From NCBI RefSeq assembly GCF_006345805.1, contig NC_042999.1, forward strand, positions 40,734,001 to 40,798,000: a stretch of 64,000 bases of DNA, in the 5' to 3' direction. This stretch comes from Octopus sinensis (lineage: Eukaryota). Each line of letters starts with the position of its first letter. Within the stretch, counting starts at the first letter, position 1. Made by a program: the position numbers and the translations under genes. Below are positions 12,331 through 23,926 of this stretch, in pieces. A model generated the notes under the pieces. That model had not been told where the DNA came from and made no database searches. It worked only from the letters and a program-made list of their open reading frames with translations.

Positions 12331-15175
12331 GCCCCGAGCTCGTCGTCGTACCTCCCCTCTACTAATCCCCTATAGAATGCTTTGGTTGTGTTGAAGTCAC
12401 TCAAGGTCGACCCGGGACGGCAGAGTTGCTTGAGAGCAACGCGACACTCGCGGTGCCATTCGCCCTTCCTCGGCTCTTTTTGATCCACGACTGTAGTTCG
12501 GTCATGGAGACGAGTTGCGGGAATGCGTGCCTCACAAACGGCGACCACACCTGTTCACCGTCGTCTACATAGAGCCGGAGATGTCGCAGTCTCAGCGCGT
12601 GTCTGCGCATCATCAACCACGGCATGCCCAGCCCTCCTTTTAACGGGTGTTGACAGCAAAGGATCGCCTGACCATCGGGACGCTCCTTTCCACAAGAAGC
12701 GGAAGAGGATGCGTTCTAGTTTGGTGATGGTAGGGTCGGGACAGGTACGACGGTCAGGCGGTAGTAGATGATGGACGCGATGTACGCGTTCACCACCTCC
12801 GCCCGACCTTTTAGGGACAGTTTCCTCTCGGCCCATTGCTGGGCGAGAGTGACCACCCTACTCGTTATCTCGTTCCAGTTCTTCTCCACTTGGAGGTCCG
12901 GACCGAACCAGACCCCGAGCAACTCAACCGGGCCGTCTGTCCAGCGTCCCACGACGGAGGTACTGGTGGACGGCATGGCTTGCTTCTCCAGGTGCCGAGC
13001 CGCAAGCCCACTGACTTTTCCCGGTTGATTTTTGCTCCTGTCACCGCTTCGTAGTCTTTCAGTGTCTCGCCGACCCGCTCGATGTGCTCGTGGCTTGACA
13101 CTATGACGGTGACGTCGTCCGCGTATGCAGACACGCTCGTCCCGCATCCCAATTCTCGCGGGATGCCCCTTAGAGTCGCCAGCTTCCGCAGTAGTGGCTC
13201 AAGAGTCAATACGTATAGAAGCGCGCGAAAGGGGGCATCCCTGACGGACCGAACGTGCAATGTCAAAAGGTCTCGATAGATGTCCATTTACGCGAATTAC
13301 CGAACGGATGCCTCTGTACAAGGCAGCTATCCAGCCGCGGAAGACGGGACCGAAACCAGCCGCTCTCAGGACTGCCTCCAAGTATCGATGTCTTACCCTA
13401 TCAAAGGCTTTCGATTGATCCAAGTTGATCAGGGCCCCACCCATGCCAGGTTCGTTAACTCCCTGTCTATGATGTAGCGCATCAGATGGAGGTTGTCATG
13501 GATGCTCCGGCCCGGCACGGCGCACGTTTGTGCGTTGTCGACCAGTTTCTCGATGACAAGCGCCAACCTCTTGGCTAACACCTTTGTCAAAATTTTCAGG
13601 TCTGCATTGAGCAGCGTGATTGTTCTAAAGTTATCTATAATGTTTCCCTTGTTTGGATCTTTCTTCAGCAGAGTTACAGCTCCTCGACTCACAAAACCGG
13701 GAATGCTCCCGTTTTGCTGCCAGTTGCAGTATACCGCTGCCAAGACGTCTCCTAACAAGTCTGGCATACAATTGTAAAACTCGTAGGGTAGACCATCCAA
13801 ACCCGGTGATTTGTCCCTCGAGCATTCTGCTATCGCTTCCTGCACTTCTGCCGCCGTGATGGCACCTTCGCAGCACCCTGCCTTTCTTGTCGAGAGTCTT
13901 GGCAGGCTATGTAGGTAGGCACTGAAGTCCACCCTACGTTCTTGCCCTCCACTCGTCCCGAACAGTCGGGCAAAATGCTGCTGAAAGGCCTCACACATTT
14001 TACTTGGCTCGAGCAATTCGCGCCCCTGTTCATCTACCAGTGACCGAATTGTGGCTTTGTTGCCCTGTTGCGCCTCTGCCACCCGGGCTTCTCTCGCGGC
14101 TCCAACACCTTCGTTCCTTAGAGCACGCATCCTAGCTCTGACAGCACATCCTTCGTGTTGGCGTTGAAGTGTTGGTCGAGGGCCAACCTCGCCGCCAAAA
14201 CGTCGGATGCGATGCCGCTTCTAATTGCCTCTTCTAGCTTCTTAACTAGCTCACCCTCTACTCTATTTCTATCTATGGCTAGTGCTTTGCTGTACCTAAT
14301 CGCTTCTGCTTTTACTGCTCTCTTGAGGCAAACCACCATTTGTTGTTGATGATGGCTCCCGTCAAAGCCCTCTTTACTAGTGTGCTAATCCGGTCCCTGA
14401 AAACTTGTCTGGACGGGAATGAGGCGTTCAGTTTCCAGTACCCAGGACCCTGTCTATGTGCCTTATCTAAGTCTAGCGTACACGTCACCAATTTGTGATC
14501 CGTGTAGCGACTGTGTGGAATTGTGGACATCCTAAGTTATCCTTGTCTACTGTCCTACACAGTATCCTATCTAGATACGATCTCGACGACCCACTGCGGT
14601 TGCTCCATGTCCACGTTGGTTGCATTTGGGTGGTCAAGTCGGTACCTGTCAGACAGTTGGAATCGTCTGAGGCGGTCTCTGAGGACATTTCATCCCCTTC
14701 TGTTTCTGTCTCTACCCACGTAGTCTACATGCGTGTCCAAGGTAGCATTACAATCCCCCACTAAGAGTAAAGGACGAGACGTCTCCCAAGATACTTCTAG
14801 ACGTCGAAAGAAATCCGCCCGACCTGTTAAGGGCGGTGCGTAGACTGATACGAGTCGAAAAGCGCACCCATTGCTGCCGTCAACATCCAGAACGATCAGT
14901 CTACCCTCCGGGTCTACGAATATCGTCTTGACTTCGAGATCCAGGCTCTTGTGAAAAAGTACCGCGGTGCCACTACCGCCCATCCTCGGCAGACAGGGAG
15001 CGAAATAAATGTTAAACTGTCCGCCAAACATGAACTTTAGGGCCCGTGGCTCGTGGAGTCTGGTCTCACTTTTGGCTATGATTCCCAGATCATGTGACTT
15101 GATGTCATTTAGGAGGTATCCTTGTTTCCAAGGAGACCCCAAGCCACGCGCATTCACACAACCAATCTTGACCAT
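12331..15175 (-). pseudogene. Tx1 ORF2 (APE endonuclease and reverse transcriptase), frameshifted, C-terminus deleted
   Basis: MVKIGCVNARGLG, SETRL, GDCNA, YTDHKLV, GPGYWKLN, SPGLDGLPYEFY, FRTITLLNADLKIL, DQSKAFDRV, QGCPLS, SAYADD. Confidence 0.93.
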
Positions 15176-15225
15176 GATTCTTTTGGGGTGTGTGATTTAA
15201 AACACACAAATGAAAGTACAGAGAG

Positions 15226-17340
15226 TTACTTACTTCTGTCGAAAGTTTTGGCTTCCTCGTTCTTTGATGTGTCTTCGAGGTGGTTTTTATATAGTTTTTG
15301 GGACAGATATTTCTGGAAACCCCCTACAGCATTTGGGAAGAGGGCTTTGAGTTTGTGGTGTTGTGTTTGTGTGATGTGTAGTATTTTGATGTGTTTGGGT
15401 GGTGTAGTGCGTGGATGATTGCTATTTTTAAAGTCATCTTCACAAATGTTTGTGTATCCTGTGATGTACTCCATTAGTTTGGAGTCTTTTGTGTCTATCG
15501 CTGATAGCATTGTTTTTGTGGTGTTGGTGCTTGTTTTGTTGTGTATGGAGTTTTCAGGGTTCAGGTATCTCCCTGCTTTGGTTGCGATTTCTTGTTTGGT
15601 TTTTCTTGATCTTTTTCTTTTACCCCCTGTGGCTATTTGCCATTCTGTCGAACTTTCATCGTTAGATGAAAAGTCTGACGAATCAGCAGGGGGCAAGGGT
15701 AAAGCGTCTGGGTGTGTTGTGCGGTTGTAGATATTGTTGTGGTGCGCGGGGAGGGTGTTGCTGGGGGGGTTTGTTGTGGTTATTGTCTCTCCTACATCCT
15801 TGGTGCTTGTCTTCTTCGTTGTTATTCTTGTGTTGGAATTGGTTTATTTGTTGTTGGTGGTGATGATTCTGTTCTTGGCGCTGGTGTTGGTGTTGTTTGG
15901 TTGGGTTGGCTTGTTCTTTGTTGTTTTTCCTGCATTTCCGCATACAGCTTCTTGACTAGCTGTCCATATTTTGGTGTGGGCAATAATCCTGGCTTTTGTG
16001 ATTTTTCCTGTGGCTGTTGTTGTTGTTGTAATTTTGCGGCAGATTTGCACTCCTTTTTGAGGTGTGCCTCACTGCCACATGTATAGCATCGTGGCCTTCT
16101 GCCCTCGACTACTACGTATAACTTGCGGCCATCCTCAAGATGTACGTGGGTGGGGATTTTATTTATGTCCTCTTGACTTATGTGGAAGAGGAACTCTATT
16201 CTCTTTCCCAGCCAGTCCTTGTTTTCCGAAACACCGATATCTAGGATGTTTAAGTCCTCCATTCGGATGTTAAGGCGGATGTTATCCACAGTGTTGTAGT
16301 CACTTGGGGGACACCACTGATAATGACTTTCGTCACCTTCTGGCCGAGGTAACTCGGTGTCAACGTTAGTTCATCAGAATGAAGGGTTATCGTTGAGGAT
16401 TTCTTCGCCAACTCTTCACTCTGAAAAACCACCTGTACGTGTGCGAACTTGTTCGCCCAAGTCACACAATCCTTGTATCCCCAGATGGGGCGTAAGCACT
16501 TTTCGACTTTGTCTGTGCTTACCTTTTCTGGACTTTTAGTTTTTTTATTTGTGATTTTATATACAATTGTCTTTTTTTTCTCCTCATTCAGTATGTGTTG
16601 AGGTATGTGTAAGAGTATTTTTCCGTTTTCATTTGTAATAAGGTTTCTGCAATCTTTAATCTGTTGTGTAGTAAACGAAACTTTTGTTACCTTTCTTTTA
16701 TCGCCTCGGCGAAGTTTGTTGTTGTTTTGTTATTGTTGTTACTGCCGGTGGTGTTGGTGTTGATGGCAGGGGTGTGGGTTGTAGGTTTGTGGTTGCTGAT
16801 TATGCAACTAGCAAGGGGTGGAAAATTGCCTGCGTAATTTAGTCCTGCATTAGCGCAAATTTCGACATTTCGTTTGCTTGTCGTCGTTATTTTTTCACTT
16901 GTTGGTGATGGAGTGAGCAGTGGTTGAAGGGAATTGTTGTTGTCGTCGTCGTTGTTGTTGTTGTTGTTGTTGTTGTTGTTATTGTCGTTCTTGGTGACGG
17001 CGGTGGTGTTAGTAGTATTAGTAGCATTGACGGCACGGTCTTTGGTGGCGGTGATGGTGATGTTGGTATTGTTATTGGTGGCGATGTCTTTAGTAGGGAT
17101 AGCAGTTTTAGTAGCAGATTCTGCCATGGTGTTGTTGTCGGTGTTGGTGGTGGTGGCCTCACTGATGGTGTTGACGGTGCTTGGCCTTGCGACCTTTGTT
17201 TTGTATTTGTTGCTGTTGTCGATGTTGATGGTGGTGAAGGTGGTGTTGTCAGGTTCAGCGTATGCTAACAGAGCATCCTGTTTTTCTGTCTCTGCGTCAC
17301 GCTTGACTTGCACCTCAGCCTCGTGGTGACCAGTGGCCAT
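15226..17340 (-). pseudogene. Tx1 ORF1 (Gag-like nucleic-acid-binding protein with CCHC zinc knuckle), frameshifted
   Basis: ATG at 17340 in AAAATGG context; T/N-rich N-terminus; central RPIWGY..WANKFAHVQVVFQSEEL region; CYTCGSEAHLKKEC knuckle (CX2CX4HX4C); Q/N-rich C-half; ends 50 bp before ORF2. Confidence 0.8.
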
Positions 17341-17563
17341 TTTGGAAATAAAATGGCTAAATGAAACCACGAAGGCTATGAGAATTTTTTCTTTTAAATT
17401 TTGCCCACAAGGGGCAAAATTTTGTGTAGATATTTATCAAAGGTTTACAGTGGATGTTGTTGCACAACTTTTAAACACAAAATATTTGTCAATATACACT
17501 TTTGAACGTACAAAAATACCAACTTACGTGGAGCCCATTTGACTTGCGTCTGTCTGTCCAGAG

Positions 17564-17671
<108 letters not shown>

Positions 17672-17969
17672 GGGCACTTGAATGGATAGTGAAGCATTTC
17701 TCTTATTTTTACATGTATACCATACAACTTAGTTAAAAAATTCATAGAGAACCTAATTAAGAATATGCGTTGAAAAAGCATGTACGAATTTATATGATAT
17801 CTGTAACCCCCGCCCCACCCCAATTAAGAACCTTAAACACTTCATTTCCAACCTCTTCATCATGACAAAAATTTTCAGGTTAAGACACAACAGAAATTCA
17901 TACAAAAACTTTAAAGAATAACATTACAAAATGCTCAAAACAATTTCCACCATGTGTATATATACTTAC

Positions 17970-18146
17970 TCTTTTACTTGTTTCAGTCATGTGACTGTGG
18001 TCATGCTGGAGCACCACCTTTAGCCGAGCGAATCGAATCCAGGACTTGTTCTTTGTAAGCCTAGTACTTATTCTATCGACTTTTCTTTTGCCGAACCGCT
18101 AAGTTACGGGGACGTAAACACCGCCATCAGTTGTCAACATACACAT

Positions 18147-18177
<31 letters not shown>

Positions 18178-18347
18178 CATGTATACGACGGGCTTCTTTC
18201 AGTTTCCGTCTACCAAATCTACTCACAAGGCTTTAGTCGGCCCGTGGCTATAGTAGAAAACACTTGCCCAAGTTGCCACGCAGTGGGATTGAACCCGGAA
18301 CCATGTGGTTCGTATGCAAGCTGCTTGCCACACAGCCACTCCTACGC
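17970..18347 (-). mobile_element. SINE family B (tRNA head, CORE-like CTTGGGCAAGTGT block, internal CA/TA microsatellite)
   Basis: Reverse complement of the complete copies at 53561 and 55946; ends TGACTGAAACAAGTAAAAG. Confidence 0.88.
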
Positions 18348-18771
18348 TTTTTACTTGTTTCAGCTATTCAATTGCGGCTGTGTTGGAGTACCGCCCCGGC
18401 AAAACCGGGGATGAGATCGTCTTATGGGGGTACAAGTACAAAGACAAATGCGTGCGCGCACACACACATACACACATACGCACACAAGCCCACATACACA
18501 AACACACAAACACATACATTAACACACAGAGACACACACACAAACTCACACCAGTAATGCATATATTCGTTATGTTCGAAAGAAGCGGTATTAGATTAAA
18601 ACAGAATACTGAAAGCAGATACATCATTCATAGACTAATTTGCTACAATATTTTTCCTGGGAGAGTAACTCATATAGACGTACAGAGTTAAAAAACACAG
18701 AAATATATCAGGAGCAGATGAAAATTTTCAAGCAGTGGTGAAATGCCAATTTCCGACTCTTAGGGCTACAT

Positions 18772-19110
18772 GGTGAAGGCGCATGGCTCAGTGGTTAGAG
18801 CGTCGAGCTTACGATTGTGAGGTTGTGAGTTCGAATCCCAGACCGGGCTGCGTGTTGTGTTCTTGAGCAAGACACTTTATTTCACATTGCTCCAGGTCAC
18901 TCAGCTGTAGAAATGAGTTGCGACGTCACAGGTGCCAAACTGTACCGGCCTTTGCCTTTCCCTTGGATAACATCGGTGGCGTGGAGAGGGGAGGCTGGTA
19001 TGCATGGGCAGCTGCTGGTCTTCCATAAACAACTTTGCCCGGACTTGTGCCTGGGAGGGTAACTTTCTAGGGGCAATCCCATGGTCAGTCATGACCGAAA
19101 GGGGTTTCAA
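18772..19110 (+). mobile_element. SINE family C (tRNA-derived head, V/Meta-like central domain)
   Basis: A box TGGCTCAGTGG, B box GTTCGAATCCC, then GTGTTGTGTTCTTGAGCAAGACACTTTATTTCACATTGCTCCAG, resembling shared SINE central domains. Confidence 0.8.
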
Positions 19111-19644
19111 TAAAGCTACATGACCTTCAAATATGTACTGATAACCATGTACTATAAGTGACATTATCTCAGAACGAGTACTACAGTAAATCAGGCTTAC
19201 AATAGTGTTTCTGCATTAAGTATGATGCGTGGATTGCAATTTTAAACCAATATTGTATTTATCACACGTAATGAATTTTTCTTCACCTAGCTGGTTAATT
19301 GCGACATTAGTAATTTTTCTAATCAGTTTATTACTATACCATTAACGGCTGATTTTTTCTTTTTATTCTTAGCTGTCAGACCAAAGCGAATAAGAGGGAA
19401 CAAGTAGCAAACTTAATCAAAAGGGTCCGTGGATGGGTCAAATTTTTCGACCAAACCGTTCAAAGAAGCACTCCAGAATGACTGAGACAAGTAAAAGAAT
19501 AAAATAACACGGTTGCATACAAAGCAAAATTGCTTAATTTTATGAGAAAATTTCAATTATGTTGCTTTAGCAGCTTTTCTACTTTTCCGCTAATATTTAA
19601 TATCAATTATGTTCATAATAATGTAACTAATAATATTAGTACTG

Positions 19645-19702
<58 letters not shown>

Positions 19703-19760
19703 CAACAACAACAACAACAACAATAACAATAACAATAATAATAATAATAATAATAATAAT
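19645..19760. repeat. (AAT)n/(AAC)n microsatellite
   Basis: Direct inspection. Confidence 0.95.
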
Positions 19761-19947
19761 GTCATATAATGCTACATTATCTCAATAATAATATCAATAT
19801 AATTACTGCAAAATTAATGAATTTAAACATATCTATATGATGTCTATAGATTGCATCTAGCGTTATTATCTCCGGTAAATGGCAAAATATTTATTCTTAT
19901 TTTTTATTTTATCTTTTACTTGTTGCAGTAATAAGTCTGTGGTCGTT

Positions 19948-21073
19948 GAAATTACCGAAATACGACAACTTTAACACGAAATAACTTCGTAAATATAAAC
20001 TTTTCTCAAAAACGCTTAGAGTAAATGATGTTTTATATGACACATTCTACCAGTGTCCTAAGTTTGAAAGTGTTTAGTTACAAAAAATTAATTTCTCGAT
20101 CTGCTGTTCAAAGGGAAAAAATTCCTATTTTTTTAATGGCAATTTTTTAATGGGGGGTAAGATAACCAGAAAGAACCAAATCATAATTTGCTAAGTGCAA
20201 TGCATAGTCACCTTGTTTTGAATTAATCATGTATTATCACGTAGTTTGGGGGTTTAAATGATATGATTGCTTATTATTAGATTAACGTTGTAGGGTAGGT
20301 GTGAGAGGCCGGATCTGGCTGGTTTGAACATGAAACCGATAGAATATTTGGGACAGATATGGCCGGTTTAAATATTAAAGGGATAAGTTGAAAATTAAAT
20401 ATACAGCATCTTCAAATCGCCAGTGAAGAAATTTTCTCCCCTTTGATGATATAGTGTAAGTTGTTTTGTTTCGAGAGTTTTGTTCTAAACTAATTTAAAA
20501 TAACTTCTCTCGTTGGTTAAAAAGATTTCAGTCGAAATCATTCAAGGTTTTAGCCACAATCATTTTAAAAGATGTTTCGGAACGCTTGTAGAAACTTCCA
20601 CAGCAGCTGAAAAACAGGAAAATAAGACTAAAAGCAGTAGAAATGCACGAATGATTATGGTGGTGCCATGAAGTAAACATACTTCAGATACACTCGATAA
20701 TTCATACAAACGTAACTGAGATGACATATGTCATAAATAACAGTAACAAACGAAATATGCACCGCCGGAAGTTGTTGTTGACAAACAACAGCAGTAATTT
20801 TATTCAGCTGAATACACGTCATTGTTTGAAATTACCGAAATACGATAACTTTAACACGAAAAAACTTCGTAGTTATAAACTTTTGTCAAAAATGCTAAGA
20901 GTAAAAGATGTTTTATATGACGCATTTTACCAGTATACGAAGTTTGAAAGTGTTTAGTTACAAAAAATTATTATCTAAATCTGGCGGTCAAAAGGTAAAA
21001 GATCCAAAAATTGGGTTATCGACCCATTAAAAAATTGAGTTTATGTGGCGGCAAGAGATTGGGTAAAAAGAGT
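19948..21073. repeat. Two copies of an unclassified AT-rich dispersed repeat (19948-20130 and 20826-21073)
   Basis: TTGAAATTACCGAAATACGA.AACTTTAACACGAA...AAGTTTGAAAGTGTTTAGTTACAAAAAATT occurs twice in the same orientation. Confidence 0.75.
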
Positions 21074-21095
21074 CCGCTGCCCTAACCACCTCCAC

Positions 21096-21167
<72 letters not shown>

Positions 21168-21560
21168 TCTGTCGTCTTGGCTTAACAGCCCTCACCGTTT
21201 GTTTTTCCTGTCTTGTTCTCACTGTTCTGTTCTTGTTACCACTGTCACCCTCCGCAGAGAAACTCAAATTTTATTTAATTTGCTTTGCGGGAAGGACTGT
21301 TTCAACGAAGTTGCGTATTGTCTTTTCCTCGAACGCGGAGTAGATGAAACAGGGACAACTGATGTAGGGGAATATTCTTTGTGTTGTATGTTTCGTTTCT
21401 CTGTTTGTTTTTTTCGTTGTTAGAAAAAAGTTCGTTTTTATATTTTTTGTTTTTATGTTTTCGTTTCTCACTGTGTTCGACGTTTGTTTTATGTCTTGTA
21501 TCCATATATGCATGTATATATGCATATATTTATATATTATTTATATTATTATATCTATGT

Positions 21561-21628
<68 letters not shown>

Positions 21629-21835
21629 TAATTGAGTAGTTGAATGAATTATCTTATTATGGATAATTCGGTTAACCGATACCTGGGTAGCAAATTCACG
21701 TCAGAAGAACACGGTTGAAGTTACATGCCTAGGGCAGAGATCATGTGCTATCGTGTGGAAATTTGTGTGTTTTTTTAATACAAATAAATGAAAGAATGGA
21801 GTTGAACGACGAATTAACAAAATTCCTTTATTTTA

Positions 21836-21918
21836 TTTTCGACATATGTTTCGAAGGCTGCATATACCTAATTTCGAAGGAATAAGGGGTGCTTTATGCC
21901 GCCTTCTCATCAGGAAAA
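21836..21918 (-). ncRNA. Type I hammerhead ribozyme (Penelope-like pLTR type), canonical core
   Basis: UUUUC-CUGAUGA-GAAGGC..GCCUUC-GAAA-CAUAUG-UC-GAAAA: 5 bp helix I, 6 bp helix II, palindromic ACAUAUGU helix III, GUC site. Confidence 0.85.
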
Positions 21919-22899
21919 GTAAGGAATTTATGTCAGCATCAAGATGCACAAAAATTATTATCTAAATCTGGCGGTCAAAAGGTAAAAGATCCAAAAATTG
22001 GGTTATCGACCCATTAAAAAATTGAGTTTATGTGGCGGCAAGAGATTGGGTAAAAAGAGTTAGATCCTTTTTATTCAGTACTTCAATACATTGTTGACGT
22101 TTGGCCTCCTGAACAGGCATGGTATGATTTGTTATAAAAATGTTATCAGATTCAATAAGATATTTAACTTTTATAGTTTTCATGTTTATTGATTTTCCAT
22201 TTTTTTAAATTAAGGGTTAAGCAATTTTTTAGTTGAGGGAGATAACCAAAAGTACCGATAATTCTCGTAAAACGGGGGGAGATAACCCAATCTTTAATGG
22301 AGGGGTGAGATAAGCGAAAAGTATCCATGATTGTTCAACAAAATAAGCTGTTGGATGTACAAGAAGAATATTCAAATCGCTTAGAATGTAAGAATTGAGA
22401 GGAGTTAAAGATAATAAGAATAGAGGGCAAATGTGAATAAAAAAACTTAAATAGAAGAATGCGTTCTATTCGCATGGATTTTATTGAAAGCAGGCAGGCG
22501 GTCGTTGATGGAGTGAGAAGGACAAAAATGCTGGAGTGATACCAAATGTAGAATGGGTAGCAAGCAATAAAGCAGACGGACTTCTGGAATGTGTTACTGA
22601 AACAGAAATAGGGTTGAGGAATAAGAGGGTGCAAAGTAAATGTTGAGATATTGTCTTTAGCGAGTGGTGGAACTAGATGAATTACAGAGAGGGGTCGCTG
22701 TTGTGGTATGTGTTGGTATTAAGTTAGAATGAATATATAAATTGGAGATAACGGTGTTGACGGGTAATAACTTATGAACTGGTGGTCTGCAAAGATAAAG
22801 CAGAGTAGAGAGAAACGCTATAAGAGAAGTCAAAATGTAGGCCAAAAGAAAATTATAAAATAACAAAGAAACGAATGAAAATATCTAGAAGAATCATAC

Positions 22900-23074
22900 A
22901 TGTAGATAGATTAACGTGTGTTCATACACATATTGATACATAAATACACGCACGCACACACACACTCACAAGCTCACACACTCACACATACACATAAACA
23001 AACAAACGCATATTCAGACATGCATACATTCTCACACACGCACACATACACACACACACATATACATAATACAC

Positions 23075-23121
<47 letters not shown>

Positions 23122-23142
23122 TATACATATATATACATATAT

Positions 23143-23175
<33 letters not shown>

Positions 23176-23389
23176 TATATATGTATATAAATATGTATAT
23201 ATAAATATGTATATATATATATGAATATATATATATATATATATGTATATACATATACATATATATATTTGTGTATATATACATATATATATATATAGAT
23301 ATATATATATATATTATATATATATATTATATATATATATATTATATATATATATCTATATATATATATATATTATATATATATATATT

Positions 23390-23438
<49 letters not shown>

Positions 23439-23445
23439 AAATATA
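22900..23445. repeat. (CA)n/(TA)n compound microsatellite; similar tracts at 24380-25200, 26860-27060, 33500-33910, 50380-50580, 55650-55940, 56330-56700
   Basis: Direct inspection. Confidence 0.95.
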
Positions 23446-23675
23446 TAATAGAAATATTAAAATAACTAAGTCTCTCTAAAAGAGAACAGCGGCAGCGTTC
23501 CGGAAAATAATAGTTATCGCCATACTAATATGGCATTCTTATAAAAATAAGAAAAAAGCTGTCCGCTTATTAGCTCCATGAGGCCATCGCCTTAAGTTAG
23601 CTATTTGATACACAAACTGTATCCATATAACCTTCGAACAAGGGAGGTCAGTCGCTCCACACTACTTGACCGGCA

Positions 23676-23717
23676 GCTACAGACGCGTTTCGGAGTATTG
23701 CCCCTTTTCAATGCAGC
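23676..23717 (-). ncRNA. Minimal type I hammerhead ribozyme, U3-A8 core variant (left arm)
   Basis: Reverse complement of 23885-23926. Confidence 0.75.
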
Positions 23718-23884
23718 GTAGCCAGCCAGTAGGTGTCGCTTCCGACAATCTCTGTTCTCTTTTAGAGAGACTTAGTTATTTTAATATTTCTATTATTGAA
23801 AACAAGTGGATGTATTCCACCGAAACTAGGTAAATAAAACCATCGAACAGAGATTGTCGGAAGCGACACCTACTGGCTGGCTAC

Positions 23885-23926
23885 GCTGCATTGAAAAGGG
23901 GCAATACTCCGAAACGCGTCTGTAGC
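23885..23926 (+). ncRNA. Minimal type I hammerhead ribozyme, U3-A8 core variant (right arm)
   Basis: GCUGCA-UUGAAAA-GGGG CAAUA CUCC-GAAA-CGCG-UC-UGUAGC: 6 bp helix I (one GU), helix II, palindrome ACGCGU, GUC site. Confidence 0.78.

Larger units (their letters stand above)
12212..17560 (-). mobile_element. Tx1 copy 3, 5'-complete (5' UTR, ORF1, ORF2) with an ~820 bp internal deletion near the 3' end
   Basis: Same 3' terminus as copies 1 and 2, ORF2 start and ORF1 present, (GATA)n on both flanks. Confidence 0.92.

Noticed and set aside
4000-16700. Frameshifts in Tx1 ORFs as programmed recoding
   Set aside because: They are numerous, differ between copies and cluster in homopolymers, as expected from decay or long-read indel error.
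18772-18850. tRNA gene
   Set aside because: A and B boxes are present but run into a SINE body; no complete cloverleaf. The same applies to the other SINE heads.
20170-20392. TTAA-type MITE ending TAAAGGGATAA
   Set aside because: Only one plausible end is visible, so it cannot be supported as a complete element.
20520-20610. Strong minus-strand acceptor (TTTTCCTGTTTTTCAG) followed by short frames
   Set aside because: All frames close within about 30 codons and there is no upstream exon evidence.
22330-22900. Possible CR1-like 3' remnant on the minus strand (also 61270-61800, and an RTE-like remnant at 52555-52810)
   Set aside because: Similarity is too faint to support without a profile search.
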